A DNA stretch of 39,282 nucleotides from Bdellovibrionota bacterium (GTDB taxonomy: Bacteria > Bdellovibrionota_C > UBA2361 > OMIW01). Where the stretch lies: contig JBIJBT010000017.1 in NCBI GenBank assembly GCA_044345055.1, forward strand, positions 1 through 39,282. The letters run 5' to 3'. The notes beneath the pieces were generated by a model. The model made no database searches. It was given only the letters and a program-made list of their open reading frames with translations, and was not told the origin of the DNA. Position numbers and translations under genes: made by a program. This document shows positions 29,967 through 39,019 of this stretch, one piece after another. Position 1 is the stretch's first letter; each line of letters begins with the position of its first letter.

Positions 29967-30998
29967 TTAATTGGCTGAACAAAAAAGCCCGAAAAGACCA
30001 TCGACATACTCAGTAAGCGCGGACTTTTGCATCGGGAGGTTAGCTGTTGTTAGAAAATCTCGTAAGGCCGCGACTCCTAGAGGAAGGCCTGAACGAAATA
30101 GGGGATTTCCACCCTGAAGACCTAGCTCTCCTGCACGACCTAACGCCTGAAGGAGTCTAATAAGGACCCATCCATCAAAATGATCAACAAAGAACTGTTC
30201 CTCGAATGTTGCATACGGCCGCGCAGCTTCGCAGTATGCTGTTAATAACCGCATCCTCACCGTTTGGGGCAGCCCGGCACGAGCCTGATAAAGTAGGGAT
30301 GCGACATCATAGGCTGGATTACCTAGGCGCCCCCCTTGAAAATCAATATAGCCGAGCGTGCCTCCCTGCATGACGATATTGCGGGCCTGAAAATCACGAT
30401 ACATGAAGGTTGTGGCCGGTTCCTGAGCGGATAGTGCGGTGACGAGCTCCGAAAGCTCCTCTTCTAGACGGCAGCTATCGCCGCTAATCCCGGTTGCATG
30501 AATGACGGCATGAACGAACAACCGACAATCCTCCCGCATGTCGTGTGCGGTGAAGCCGTATGAGGGAAAGCAGCGAGTAAAATCAACGAGAGGGCCGGCT
30601 CCATGTTGAAACTGAGCAAGGTCGTTTAGCGCCTGCTGATATGCTTCTTCGACCGACTGTGGGAGCTCGGTTCCCGTGGCTCTCGTTTTAGTCAGATAAT
30701 CAAACAGAGTGTCTTTACCGAGATCCTCCATAAGAATGGTTTGGGTCTTTTCATCGAAGGCAAGAATCTCTGGAACTCGTAAGCCATGGCCCCGGAAGTG
30801 CTTTGCTAAATAGATAAATGCCTCAGCTTCTCTCCAGTTCGGTTCATAGCTTCCAATAATAGCTGAGCCAGAATCAGCGCTCAGTCGAGCAATAATCCTC
30901 GAAGAGGCATGAGCTTGAACCCTTTCGACTACCGTAGGCGGTCGCCCGGATAATGCAGAAAAGCTGCGGGTGATGGCGTCGAGATTTTGGTTTTCCAT
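29967..30998 (-). CDS. APH-family phosphotransferase, AmgK-like anomeric MurNAc/GlcNAc kinase
   Basis: ASSR, MEDLG, YRDFQARNI, IDFQGGRLG, YDVASLL, RLLQALG. Confidence 0.82.
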   Translation of the reverse strand: MENQNLDAITRSFSALSGRPPTVVERVQAHASSRIIARLSADSGSAIIGSYEPNWREAEAFIYLAKHFRGHGLRVPEILAFDEKTQTILMEDLGKDTLFDYLTKTRATGTELPQSVEEAYQQALNDLAQFQHGAGPLVDFTRCFPSYGFTAHDMREDCRLFVHAVIHATGISGDSCRLEEELSELVTALSAQEPATTFMYRDFQARNIVMQGGTLGYIDFQGGRLGNPAYDVASLLYQARAGLPQTVRMRLLTAYCEAARPYATFEEQFFVDHFDGWVLIRLLQALGRAGELGLQGGNPLFRSGLPLGVAALRDFLTTANLPMQKSALTEYVDGLFGLFCSAN

Positions 30999-31170
30999 AC
31001 CTCTGTTTTTCAATCTAGCGTCGTAATGCGTAAATAAACAAAACGATGAAACGGTTTGGTTCTTGCACGCATCTTCCCGAGAGGTCGTATCGTGCGCACA
31101 GGAAACACGATTAACCGAGATTCGCTATTTTGACCAATAGCACCCCTTTATTTTCAGACCTTAGCACTCC

Positions 31171-32175
31171 ATGCCGAGAGAACTCAACAATACTCAGAGA
31201 GCAGCACTAACTCTTTTGGCGCTCGGCAAGGACATTGCTGCAGAGGTGCTGCAACATCTCTCCGAGCCGGAGGTCAAGCGAATTAGTAAAACATTCATGG
31301 CGATGTCAGAGGTTGACCGTGAAACTCAACTCGTTATAGCCCAGCAGTTTCGGACAATGCTGAAAGCTGGAAAGACTATGCTGGTGGATGGGCCCGAATA
31401 CGCTAGAGATCTTATATCAACGGCGTTCGGCAAGGAGGGGGGAGAGCGACTGGTTGATTTTATCACAGGAGCAAAGAAGGAGCAGCTGAACACAATTTTT
31501 AATGAGGTTCCTGAGAAGATTTTGCGGGCTTTCTTTGCAGCTGAGCATCCTCAAACAGTGGCGTTTCTCCTCACGAAGATGAATGCCGATCAGGCCGCCA
31601 AAATTTTGACGGGGATGCGTCAGGAACAGCAAACCGATATTCTTCTTCGAATATCGAATATGAATATTGTAAAAACGGAGGTGGTTGACGAAGTTCGAGA
31701 AGTTCTTAATACGACCCTGAGAAGCTCCAGTTTGACGGAAGAGGAGGAGGTCGGGGGTCCAAAAGCGGCGGCAGATATCCTCAACTTTGTCGATCGCAAT
31801 AATGAGGCCCGGATCATCGCCGAGATCGATGAGATGTTCCCCGATACTGCCGAGGCGATTCGAAATCTCATGTTCACCTTCGAGGATCTCAAGCGGCTTG
31901 ACGATCGAGCAGTTCAGACATTGCTCAAGGATGTGCCAAGAGAGCAGCTTATTCTCGCGCTTAAAACAGCGAGTGTTGATCTCAAGGATCTTCTCTTCCG
32001 AAATATGTCACAACGAGCTGCAGCGATGATTCAGGAGGATCTCGGAGCTCTTGGACCAACAAAACTCAAGGATATCGAGAAAGCCCAACAAGGTATCGTC
32101 GATATACTCAGAAAATTGGAAGCTGAAGGAAAAATTCAGATCGGCTCAGGCGCTGATGGTGACGCGGTAGTGTAG
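31171..32175 (+). CDS. fliG: Flagellar motor switch protein FliG
   Basis: EHPQTVA, GGPKAAADILN, MFTFEDL, NMSQRAA, EKAQQ motifs. Confidence 0.93.
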   Translation: MPRELNNTQRAALTLLALGKDIAAEVLQHLSEPEVKRISKTFMAMSEVDRETQLVIAQQFRTMLKAGKTMLVDGPEYARDLISTAFGKEGGERLVDFITGAKKEQLNTIFNEVPEKILRAFFAAEHPQTVAFLLTKMNADQAAKILTGMRQEQQTDILLRISNMNIVKTEVVDEVREVLNTTLRSSSLTEEEEVGGPKAAADILNFVDRNNEARIIAEIDEMFPDTAEAIRNLMFTFEDLKRLDDRAVQTLLKDVPREQLILALKTASVDLKDLLFRNMSQRAAAMIQEDLGALGPTKLKDIEKAQQGIVDILRKLEAEGKIQIGSGADGDAVV

Positions 32176-32203
32176 AACTTCCGGTTTCCTGAAGGAGGCT
32201 TAG

Positions 32204-32232
32204 CTGTGATACTGCTCAGTTCAGTATCACAG
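32204..32232. terminator. Inverted repeat between convergent fliG and a hypothetical gene
   Basis: Perfect 11-bp stem CTGTGATACTG/CAGTATCACAG with a 7-nt loop. Confidence 0.5.
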
Positions 32233-32241
32233 TTATACTGC

Positions 32242-32601
32242 TCAGTGTAGCCAATCCTTTTTACCATCTGTATCTGGATGATGGGTTGGGGGCTCGTGCT
32301 CACCCTGGTTGCCTCGAACGACGAGTCCCTGAATCATAAAGCGTCCATCGCTGCCCTGCATAAATTCGCGAGCATTGCGGAAGAGCTGGAAAAAAACTGC
32401 TGTCAGCCGGACAATTCCCATTCCGAGGGCAATAAGAAAAACTGATAAGGCGGCTCGAGTCGCCGACGGATACACCGCTATGGTTCCTCCTAATACTATT
32501 AGGGAGAGACCGGGAAGGAATATCAAAGCCCTCCGAGCATAGAGGAGTGATGATTCCTTGATAGCTGAGAGGCGAGCTTGTTGATCTTTTGCGGATTTCA
32601 T
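32242..32601 (-). CDS. Hypothetical membrane protein (2 TM)
   Basis: AAGGA SD and two hydrophobic segments. Confidence 0.65.
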   Translation of the reverse strand: MKSAKDQQARLSAIKESSLLYARRALIFLPGLSLIVLGGTIAVYPSATRAALSVFLIALGMGIVRLTAVFFQLFRNAREFMQGSDGRFMIQGLVVRGNQGEHEPPTHHPDTDGKKDWLH

Positions 32602-32656
32602 CGTTTCCTTAACATCTCTAATGGATCTCTTTCGACGTTTTCCGACCGATGCCCTA

Positions 32657-32665
32657 ATTATAACA
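32657..32665 (-). promoter_or_regulatory. Possible extended -10 promoter for the 32242-32601 gene
   Basis: Minus strand reads TGT-TATAAT about 55 nt upstream of the ATG. Confidence 0.4.
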
Positions 32666-32916
32666 CACTTGAGGCCCGATCACCCATCTTTTGACTTTGC
32701 AGCCGCCCAAGACAGTATAATCGTCCGAAACTCCTTTTTCGGAGCCTCTAAGGCCGGCGTAAGCTGGCTTCATAGATAAATGCCTCTTTCCTCTTAAGGC
32801 CTTTCCTTGATGGAAACCATCCTAGTCATCATACTCTGAAGATATCGCGCTGCGAAAGCGAGTGGTATGGTGGTGGGGTAGAATTGGTGGCGGTTATAGG
32901 TGGGAATGGTCATTTC

Positions 32917-33840
32917 ATGAAGGAGAAAATCAGCAGCTCTCGGGGAACAGTGCTTCAGGTGTCCCGCCGCCGTGTTTTGGTCAGCTTGGGTGAAGGGGAA
33001 AGTCTCTTTGCCGCGGTCGCGGCAAATGGCGAAGAGCCGAGCGTTGGGGATGTCGTTGTTGTTGAGCCTTTTCCGGGAGGGGCTCGTGTTTTATCGATTC
33101 TTGAGCGAAGATCGCTACTCAGGCGAAGTTATTTTGGACGCATAAAAAACCTCGCTGCGAATGTGGGGCATCTCCTAATCATTACGGCCCCTGGCCCCCT
33201 TTTTAATACTCATTTCATCGATCGCGCGCTCGTTGCAGCTGCTGCTGAAGGAATTCCGGCATCGCTGATAATAAATAAAATCGACCTAGGACTCGCCGAT
33301 ATTAATCCAAAGCTGCTAGAGCACTATCGAAGATTTATTACTCAGCTTCTGTTTGTAAGCTGTCGGGCGAATGAAGGAGTCGAGGCTGTCGAGGATATAA
33401 TAGCGCAAGATTTGCCCGGACATTTTGTGTTTTGTGGCGTGTCGGGGGTTGGAAAAAGTTCGCTGCTAAATCGTATTCTACCGAACTCTGGTCGCAGTGT
33501 AGGAGAGGTAAGCCGTAAGACCGGTCAAGGAAAACAGACAACCTCTCTTGCGGTAGGTATACCTCTCAGGGGAGCAGGTGATAACGCCCAGCTTATTATC
33601 GACACTCCTGGATTGCAGCATTTCGGATTAACTCACCTCCTTGCTGCCTCGGTTCCGCTATATCTTCCCGACTTATCTCTTTACGCGCAGAGATGTGAGT
33701 TCCGCGATTGTCGACATACCGTTGAACCTTCGTGCGCAGTTCGTAAAGCGGTCGAGGATGGCGATATTTCGACTTCTCGGTATGAATCGTATCTCCATAT
33801 TACCGAGGAGTTGCGATCTGCTGAGAAACAGGGAAAATAA
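32917..33840 (+). CDS. rsgA: Ribosome small subunit-dependent GTPase A
   Basis: Circularly permuted GTPase: NKID, GVSGVGKSS, TT, DTPG; Zn finger CEFRDCRHTVEPSC. Confidence 0.93.
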   Translation: MKEKISSSRGTVLQVSRRRVLVSLGEGESLFAAVAANGEEPSVGDVVVVEPFPGGARVLSILERRSLLRRSYFGRIKNLAANVGHLLIITAPGPLFNTHFIDRALVAAAAEGIPASLIINKIDLGLADINPKLLEHYRRFITQLLFVSCRANEGVEAVEDIIAQDLPGHFVFCGVSGVGKSSLLNRILPNSGRSVGEVSRKTGQGKQTTSLAVGIPLRGAGDNAQLIIDTPGLQHFGLTHLLAASVPLYLPDLSLYAQRCEFRDCRHTVEPSCAVRKAVEDGDISTSRYESYLHITEELRSAEKQGK

Positions 33841-33949
33841 GTTTGCCTGAAAGATAGGGGGATCTTAATAATTGCCTCGATGCGCCTGACCCTCATACCG
33901 TTCCCGAACAAGAAAGCACCTAAGTAATCTACACCTAAAGGTATGTCCC

Positions 33950-35752
33950 ATGAATGATGCGATGACTACTCCCGATGACGCAGCAGCTGCTCGGCTATAT
34001 TGTATTCGCCACTCCCTTGCTCACGTGCTAGCTCAGGCGGTCCTCCAGATTCGCCCCCGCGCAAAACTCGCGTTTGGTCCTCCAATCAGCACAGGCTGCT
34101 ACTACGATTTTGATCTCGAATCTCCGCTTTCATCGGACGATTTTGCTGACATTGAGAAGCGGATGCGGCGTATTATTCGTGAGCGGCAACCGTTTGTCGG
34201 CTCAGAAAAGCCGGTAGATGAAGCGATAGCTCATTTGCACCAGTTAGGAGCCACTTATAAAGCGGAATATGCTGAGGAGCTCAGATCGCGGGGAGAAACC
34301 TCGATTGGCTTTTATATAAATGGACCATTTGAGGATATGTGCGCGGGACCGCATCTTATTAACACTGGAGAGATCCCAGAGGATTGTTTTGCGATCGATA
34401 GTGTTGCAGGTGCCTATTGGCGGGGCGATGAACACAACCCTCAATTGAGCCGCATTTATGTGCTTGCGTTTGAGTCAAAGGAGCAGCTCGCTGATTATCG
34501 AGCTCGTCGGAAATTAGCTGAGGAACGAGACCATCGCAAGCTCGGGCGAGAGCTTGAGCTCTTTATGTTTGCTGATGAGGTTGGGCCTGGGCTTCCGCTC
34601 TGGTTGCCGCACGGAACGGTGTTGCGTGACGAGCTTGAAGCATTCGCGCGCGAGGTAGAGCATCGTGCGGGATATCAACGGGTTTCAACACCGATCATGG
34701 CGAAGGAAAATCTCTATCTGACATCGGGGCATTTGCCCTATTACGCCGATTCTTTATATCCACCGATGCAGCTTGAAGGGGAAGAAAAGTACTATCTTCG
34801 TGGGATGAACTGTCCTCATCATCACCTTATTTTCCGTCACCGTCCACGCAGCTACCGTGAGTTACCGTTGCGGCTTGCCGAATACGGAAATGTATATCGG
34901 TACGAAGCATCCGGAACTTTGGCTGGATTGCTTCGGGTGCGGGGTATGTGCATGAACGATGCCCATATTTATTGTACTCCTGAGCAGCTACACAGTGAGC
35001 TTAAAGCCACATTCGAGATGGCGCTATCGTACTATCGACATCTCCAATTTGGCCGTATTCGGGTACGATTATCGACTCATGATCCAAAGAACACCGCGAA
35101 GTTTATCGACAACCCCGAGCTCTGGGCGTACTCCGAGCAGGTCGCGCTAGAAGTCATAAAGGATGTTGGGCTTGATTACTTTGTCGGTGAAGGTGAAGCG
35201 GCTTTTTATGGGCCAAAAATTGACTTTCAAGCAACAACTCTTTTAGGTCGTGAAGAAACTTTAAGTACAACTCAGCTCGATTTTGGACAGGCGATTAATT
35301 TTGATCTGAAGTACATCGGAGACGATGGGAAGGAACACCCCGTCTATGTTGTTCATCGAGCTCCATTGAGCACACATGAGCGATTTATTGCGTTTCTGAC
35401 TGAGCATCTTGGAGGTGCTTTTCCGACCTGGCTTGCTCCAGAACAGGTACGTCTCATTCCCGTTGCTACCGAGTGTATTGAGTATGCTGAACAGATTGAG
35501 CGCGATCTTCGGGACAAGCTCTTTAGGGTAACAACCGACCTCTCTGCGAATTCATTTAATAAAAAAATCCGTGAAGCTGTAACGCACAAGATTCCGAACA
35601 TCTTGATCATCGGGAAAAATGAGCGTGATGGAGACACGGTGACGTTACGTCGATATGCCGTCAAAGAGCAGCGGGTGATGGGGCGACAGGAGTTTATTGA
35701 GTATGTTGTAAATATGCGGAGCAATCGGGTGATGGATTGTTTTGGGGAATAG
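33950..35752 (+). CDS. thrS: Threonine--tRNA ligase (no N-terminal TGS domain)
   Basis: RHSLAH, DMCAGPH, RDHRKLG, MNCPHH, GLLRVRG, FYGPKID, HERF. Confidence 0.96.
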   Translation: MNDAMTTPDDAAAARLYCIRHSLAHVLAQAVLQIRPRAKLAFGPPISTGCYYDFDLESPLSSDDFADIEKRMRRIIRERQPFVGSEKPVDEAIAHLHQLGATYKAEYAEELRSRGETSIGFYINGPFEDMCAGPHLINTGEIPEDCFAIDSVAGAYWRGDEHNPQLSRIYVLAFESKEQLADYRARRKLAEERDHRKLGRELELFMFADEVGPGLPLWLPHGTVLRDELEAFAREVEHRAGYQRVSTPIMAKENLYLTSGHLPYYADSLYPPMQLEGEEKYYLRGMNCPHHHLIFRHRPRSYRELPLRLAEYGNVYRYEASGTLAGLLRVRGMCMNDAHIYCTPEQLHSELKATFEMALSYYRHLQFGRIRVRLSTHDPKNTAKFIDNPELWAYSEQVALEVIKDVGLDYFVGEGEAAFYGPKIDFQATTLLGREETLSTTQLDFGQAINFDLKYIGDDGKEHPVYVVHRAPLSTHERFIAFLTEHLGGAFPTWLAPEQVRLIPVATECIEYAEQIERDLRDKLFRVTTDLSANSFNKKIREAVTHKIPNILIIGKNERDGDTVTLRRYAVKEQRVMGRQEFIEYVVNMRSNRVMDCFGE

Positions 35753-35791
35753 GACCGAACTCTCGAGGTGTGTGATGGAAGGAAGCAGAAG

Positions 35792-36547
35792 ATGACGGTT
35801 ACTGATACGGCGTCGACACAATATGGTGAGAACCTATTGGAGGAAGTGCCGTCCCAAAAAAGTGACAAGAGCATAATAACCTGGCGCGATGCCCTTCACG
35901 GCGAGCGGGAAAAACCTTATTTTCGTGAACTTCTCGAGTTTGTTGATGGAGAACGAGCTGCAGGGAATCGGATATATCCGCCAAAAGATCAGGTTTTTGC
36001 CGCCCTCTCACACACACCTCTTGAGCGGGTACGAGTTGTTATACTTGGCCAGGACCCGTATCACGGACCAGGACAAGCCCACGGCCTCTGCTTCTCTGTT
36101 CAATCGGGAATCCCATTTCCGCCGTCCCTAAACAATATTTTCAAAGAGCTTCGCGCAGATATCGGTCTTTCTATTCCGACCTCTGGGTGCCTAGTTCCAT
36201 GGGCTCACCAAGGGGTACTGCTTTTGAATGCTGTGCTGACGGTTGAAGAGGGAAAGCCCAACTCTCACGCAAACAAAGGGTGGGAAAAGTTCACCGATAA
36301 AGTTATCGAAGCGGTAGTGCAGTATCGTTCTGGCGTCGTATTTTTGCTTTGGGGCGCCTACGCTCAAAAAAAGGGTGAGCAGATAATTAAAAGTCAAAAA
36401 GACCACCTAATCCTAAAAGCCCCCCACCCATCCCCCCTTTCCGCCAGCCGCGGCTTTTTCGGCTGCCGTCATTTCTCTAAATCGAACGAATTTTTGGTTG
36501 CTCGGGGAGGAGAGGTGATTAATTGGGGTGGATCGATAGTCGGCTAA
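35792..36547 (+). CDS. ung: Uracil-DNA glycosylase (family 1)
   Basis: GQDPYH, AHGLCFS, PPSL, GVLLLN, HPSPLS. Confidence 0.95.
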   Translation: MTVTDTASTQYGENLLEEVPSQKSDKSIITWRDALHGEREKPYFRELLEFVDGERAAGNRIYPPKDQVFAALSHTPLERVRVVILGQDPYHGPGQAHGLCFSVQSGIPFPPSLNNIFKELRADIGLSIPTSGCLVPWAHQGVLLLNAVLTVEEGKPNSHANKGWEKFTDKVIEAVVQYRSGVVFLLWGAYAQKKGEQIIKSQKDHLILKAPHPSPLSASRGFFGCRHFSKSNEFLVARGGEVINWGGSIVG

Positions 36548-36784
36548 GTTAGAGTGGTACGGAGTGCTCTCCGCAGAAAAGTGCTGATCTAATCAGTATC
36601 GGCTCAGGTATTTCTTAACTGCATATCGGCCCGAGGCCACGGTTTCATGGATTGCCGTAGGGATCTAGGATTAATTCCCTTTATAATCAAAAAAACTGCC
36701 AATCTTTGACAACTCTGCTCCCCATCGTGTCGATCATAGAGAGAAACTTTTTTCTCTCTTGGAGGACAACATAGATGCGACGCC

Positions 36785-37715
36785 CTCACTATTACCCACA
36801 TCTTTTTAAATTGGGACTATCTAAAACCTTGGATTGGTGGCATATCCTTATGAATGAAAGAATCTCAATTTACTATTGATGCTGGTTGGGCCACGTGGGA
36901 GTTTGAGGGCGTTGGTCTGAGTGATGAACGTCTTGATCGTCGCCTGTGGCGTTTGGCTGAGGATATCTCCGGCCAGCCGGAGTACCCGATCAATCAAGCG
37001 AGCAAAGATTCTGCCGCTACTAAAGCAGCGTATCGATTTTTTGACAATGAGAAGGTTACGGCCGCAAAACTTCTCTCGGCGCATCGAGGCCGGACACTTG
37101 AGCGGATGCGCGATAAGCCGACAGTACTTGCGATCCAAGACACTACATTTCTCAACTACAGCGGACATAAGAAGACTCGAGGTCTTGGACCTATTGGGGA
37201 CAGTAAGGCAAACGCTCAGGGACTGATAATACATTCATGTCTTGCAGTGACACCGCACGGACTACCTCTTGGCGTTCTCTCCCACAGGTGCTGGGCGCGA
37301 GCTGGATATCGAAATTCGAATGAAACGCTTCCAGATATTCCTAACCGTCGAAGATTGTCGATTACAGACTGCTGAACGGCTCGCAAAATATATCGCGCTT
37401 ATTTCGGTAGTAGGATGGCGCATTTTTTGGCTGGTACACATCAGTCGTGCCGATCCAAATTCTCCAGCGGAGGTAGTTCTCACTCAAGTCGAAATAGGAA
37501 CGCTGCGTTGCTCAAACGTTTCCGAGAAAAAATCCCACAAAAAGGACCCCTCACTATCAATCAAGCCATCGTCGCAATCGCATGCCTCGGCGGATACCTT
37601 AATCGAAAAAAAGATCTCCCACCCGGAGCTACAGTACTGTGGCGTGGATGGCAGCGCCTCGCCTCGATGTCAGAGATATACGAAAGTATTGCTACTAGTT
37701 ATGGGTAATAGTGAG
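36785..37715 (+). mobile_element. IS4-family (IS50/Tn5-like) insertion sequence, internally deleted
   Basis: 19-bp terminal inverted repeats: CTCACTATTACCCACATCT (36785-36803) and AGTTATGGGTAATAGTGAG (37697-37715), 17/19 match and similar to IS50 ends. They enclose transposase fragments. Confidence 0.9.
36854..37708 (+). pseudogene. IS4 (Tn5-like) transposase pseudogene
   Basis: Frame A: DERLDRRL, KAAYRFFDN, IQDTT, GLIIHS, PLG. Frame B: VEDCRLQTAERL...WRI. Frame C: LGGYLNRKKDLPPG...WRG. The central region with the second Asp and the YREK motif is missing. Confidence 0.88.
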
Positions 37716-38063
37716 GGTATGCCCCTCTTCGGGGTGGCCCTCCAAGAGCAGTGGTTGACTAGAGCTGAGCCTAGTATTCGCCGATTACTACAGCTATCGT
37801 TGAATTGTCTAAAAAGGTTTTTGAAAAAAAAGGGGCATCCCTCCAGAAAGATTCGCTCTAGTAAATCAACTACCGACTATTTATCCGCTAGTCATTTACA
37901 AGACAAGAAAAATTGTGCACGATAGCGGCAATGCGATTCAGTAGTAACCTACAGGGGTAGCTTAGGATGTTCTAATGGGGCGATGTTTGTAAATCAGATT
38001 TTGATTCCCAGAAGGAAAGACTAAGGCAAACTGAGGGTTATTAAAAAAACTAAAGTCGTATAT

Positions 38064-38137
38064 GCGGGAGTAGCTCAGTTGGCTAGAGCGTCAGCCTTCC
38101 AAGCTGAAAGTCGCGAGTTCGAGTCTCGTCTCCCGCT
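38064..38137 (+). tRNA. tRNA-Gly (TCC)
   Basis: Acceptor stem GCGGGAG/CTCCCGC, anticodon arm TCAGC-CTTCCAA-GCTGA, GTTCGAG T-loop; CCA not encoded. Confidence 0.96.
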
Positions 38138-38295
38138 TACCGTTTTTACCAAACACCATAACCTAGCTTTTGAGAGCCTCGTTGTTATTCCGAGCAATAA
38201 CGCCTTGAAGCATCACTACTTGTAGAACGGCAAGGTGTGAGCTGTTTTCGGGTTCAAGCTAAGGTGTTGGTATTTACGGGACCTAGGATAAGTAC

Positions 38296-38378
38296 GGTGA
38301 GATGCCCGAGTGGCTAATGGGGGCAGACTGTAAATCTGCTGGCTTGCGCCTACGGGGGTTCGAATCCCTCTCTCACCA
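38296..38378 (+). tRNA. tRNA-Tyr (GTA)
   Basis: Acceptor stem GGTGAGA/TCTCACC, anticodon arm GCAGA-CTGTAAA-TCTGC, long variable arm, GTTCGAATCC; CCA not encoded. Confidence 0.96.
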
Positions 38379-38723
38379 ACTATTTCATATTAAAAAGTCA
38401 GTTCGACATTTATTTGCCCCTTAGGGGTTGAGTAATGTTTAACGGCTTGGTATCCTCCCGCTCGTTGAAGCTGATCATTAGCGATAAAGGACCCGATTTC
38501 CCTTGGCGGGGGAGCAGTCCAAAACACCGACAGGTCTCTAGCGTCAGGTGTCGCTGGGTAAATGCACAGCCCAAATGCACGATATGGTAGAGGACAAAAC
38601 TGGGACAAAAAGTTGATTTGGAAGGTAAGCGTTGGCGGAAGACAGCGAACTCAAGAATTAACTTTCCGAAAAAAGTTTTGTCGAAAATTGACCTTTGGCG
38701 GCGTTAACTTAAAGGGTGTGTTT

Positions 38724-38963
38724 GTGGGAAAGTCAGCTCAAACTACCTCAAGGCCTAAGCCTCTACAAGCAACGTTCTCATATTTTAGTGGCAGTTTGGC
38801 GGAACTCAAGCGAGTTCAGCCCCCGTCAAAGCAAGAAGCCATCCAACAAACGATCGCTGTTCTCGTATTGATCGTCTTGTTCTCGGCGGCTTTAGCGATG
38901 ATGGACGGTGCGTTTCAAGTTCTAATGGGTTGGATAGTCGGCGGTCAGGGGCGTGTGCAATAG
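38724..38963 (+). CDS. secE: Preprotein translocase subunit SecE (single TM)
   Basis: ELKRVQPPSKQE (a variant of ELKKVxWP), one TM ending in D, directly upstream of nusG. GTG start follows AAGGGTG. Confidence 0.85.
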   Translation: MGKSAQTTSRPKPLQATFSYFSGSLAELKRVQPPSKQEAIQQTIAVLVLIVLFSAALAMMDGAFQVLMGWIVGGQGRVQ

Positions 38964-39019
38964 GTAGACATTGGATGAGTGCCTGACCGAAGTCTGGGCT
39001 CGATGGAGAGAACAGGGCT

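Noticed and set aside
32691..32721. Sigma70 promoter TTGACT...TATAAT for rsgA
   Set aside because: The spacer is 19 nt with no clear MerR-type dyad; possible, but not well enough supported to list.
427..36406. Many short antisense or alternate-frame ORFs nested in the main genes
   Set aside because: They lie wholly within well-supported genes and show no recognisable motifs; treated as shadow ORFs.
37709..37925. C-terminal part of ORF 37269-37925 as a real protein
   Set aside because: It is out-of-frame run-through past the IS right end; only the VEDCRLQ...WRI part is transposase-derived.
38423..38620. tmRNA, RNase P RNA or tRNA-Trp in the Tyr-secE spacer
   Set aside because: No T-arm/CCA end for tmRNA or tRNA; no GAGGAAAGUCC with matching P4 partner for RNase P.
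38562..38723. N-terminal extension of secE, or an rpmG relic (ELTFRKKFCRK)
   Set aside because: Only a few residues resemble L33, with no N-terminal CxxC or NY motif. A better SD-linked GTG start exists at 38724.
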